The notes under the pieces are model-generated. The model did not search any database, had not been told where the DNA came from, and saw nothing but the letters and a program-made list of their open reading frames with translations. A program made the position numbers and the translations under genes. Shown in pieces: positions 63,170 through 64,000 of a DNA stretch of 64,000 nt. Every line of letters begins with the position of its first letter. Within the stretch, counting starts at the first letter, position 1. The stretch covers positions 1 through 64,000 of the IMG/VR virus record IMGVR_UViG_3300014293_000001; one strand, given 5' to 3'. The stretch comes from a virus.

Positions 63170-64000
63170 ATGTCAAACGAAATTGAACAGTTAGCAGAGA
63201 TATACGACAGATGCAAAAATGATTTGGTATTATTCCGACAAATGTTTCTTCCAGCAGAACACGAAGTCAAGCCTGCTTGGTTCCATTACAAGTGGGGAGA
63301 TGTATTACTGAATGGTAATCGACATTATGCTGTAGAAGGTTTTCGTGAATCAGCAAAAACGTCGTATGTATTGAGAGCTTTCCCAATTCATTGCTTGGTA
63401 TTTCCATCCAAGAAGAAACAATATATCGTATTCATCATGGCTAACCAACGGGCAGCCAGCCGAAGACTTAAAGATATTGCTGAAGAATATACTAGTAACG
63501 AATTAATGAACCTTAATCTTGTTCGTATTAAAGAGCAGTCTGAGAAAGCATTTGAGATTGTAGTTAAAGACGAGAATGGTGAAGAAATTACTGTACGTAT
63601 GGAAGCGTATGGTAAAGGTTCTAGTGTCCGTGGTTTAAATAACAAAGATAGACGACCTGATATTATTTTGATAGATGACCCTCAAGACTTGGAAGATAGC
63701 TTATCTGATACAGTACAAAAATCTGACTATCAATGGTTCTTATCTGATGTGTATTTCCTTGGTAAAAATACACGGATATTCTTTATCGGTAATAACCTTG
63801 GTGAAAAGTGTATTATTGAACAGGTAATATCCAACAAAGAGGAACTTGACTTTGATGCGGAACGCATTCCTGTATTGAATGAAGATGGTAAATCTAACTG
63901 GGAAGAAATGTACCCAGTAGAAGCTATTAATAATGAACGTGAAAAGTGGCGTAAACTTGGTCAGTTAGATATTTGGGAACGTGAAAAGCTATGTATTGCT
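63170..64000 (+). CDS. terL: terminase large subunit (5' part; continues beyond the window)
   Basis: ATG lies 7 nt after AAGGAG, and 277 codons stay open to the window end; the ORF is missing from the track because it has no stop. Motifs: Walker-A-like GFRESAKTS, GSSVRG, and Walker B DIILIDDPQD. Confidence 0.85.
   Translation, partial: MSNEIEQLAEIYDRCKNDLVLFRQMFLPAEHEVKPAWFHYKWGDVLLNGNRHYAVEGFRESAKTSYVLRAFPIHCLVFPSKKKQYIVFIMANQRAASRRLKDIAEEYTSNELMNLNLVRIKEQSEKAFEIVVKDENGEEITVRMEAYGKGSSVRGLNNKDRRPDIILIDDPQDLEDSLSDTVQKSDYQWFLSDVYFLGKNTRIFFIGNNLGEKCIIEQVISNKEELDFDAERIPVLNEDGKSNWEEMYPVEAINNEREKWRKLGQLDIWEREKLCIA

Noticed and set aside
63070-63645. Minus-strand ORFs 63070..63270 and 63388..63645
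   Set aside because: They are antisense to the well-supported terL reading frame, which carries Walker A/B motifs and is missing from the track only because it lacks a stop in the window.

Overview
The window is almost all of an AT-rich tailed-phage genome. It is cut inside the large terminase gene: terL starts at 63170 and runs off the right edge, and the tail of an upstream head gene enters at base 1. Strong AGGAGG-type ribosome-binding sites (SDs), frequent TTG/GTG starts, and RemA-like, YopX-like and LQxFAEG-type proteins suggest a Firmicutes-type host; this is inference only.

Layout:
1. 1-27004 (+): head, neck, fibre, internal-virion and lysis genes. These include scaffold, capsid, three paralogous neck-region genes, a decapeptide-repeat fibre, a collagen-like fibre, a Hint-domain protein, a tail-lysozyme protein, a 2800-aa giant protein with an HELLH motif, and an amidase endolysin.
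2. 27009-28317: three tandem consensus promoters, a 64-aa basic Cys-rich ORF, about 840 nt with no ORF, and a strong terminator.
3. 28337-49013 (+): replication, recombination and nucleotide metabolism. This covers a DnaE-type polymerase, Rad52-like annealase, primase-helicase, Cas4-like nuclease, Hjc-type resolvase, a class II-like ribonucleotide reductase (RNR) split by a LAGLIDADG intein, a macro domain protein, ThyX, SSB, dUTPase, a metallophosphatase, a RemA-like protein and a TerS-like protein.
4. 49055-60673 (-): a leftward operon. It holds an amidoligase / class-II glutamine amidotransferase (GATase) / SNF2 cassette and an array of 13 tandem small paralogs.
5. 60725-63169: a largely non-coding control region with GC-rich promoter/leader islands, about 14 copies of a 13-bp dyad iteron, one 156-aa gene and a polypyrimidine tract.

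I found no tRNA, rRNA or CRISPR array.

Best candidates for something new:
- the promoter-to-terminator unit at 27.0-28.3 kb, a possible large structured RNA plus a small basic zinc-ribbon protein;
- a hairpin box shared by three operon leaders, suggesting nut/N-like antitermination;
- the translationally coupled amidoligase-GATase-SNF2 operon;
- the 13-member small-protein array.

All family assignments rest on motifs read by eye. No searches were run.
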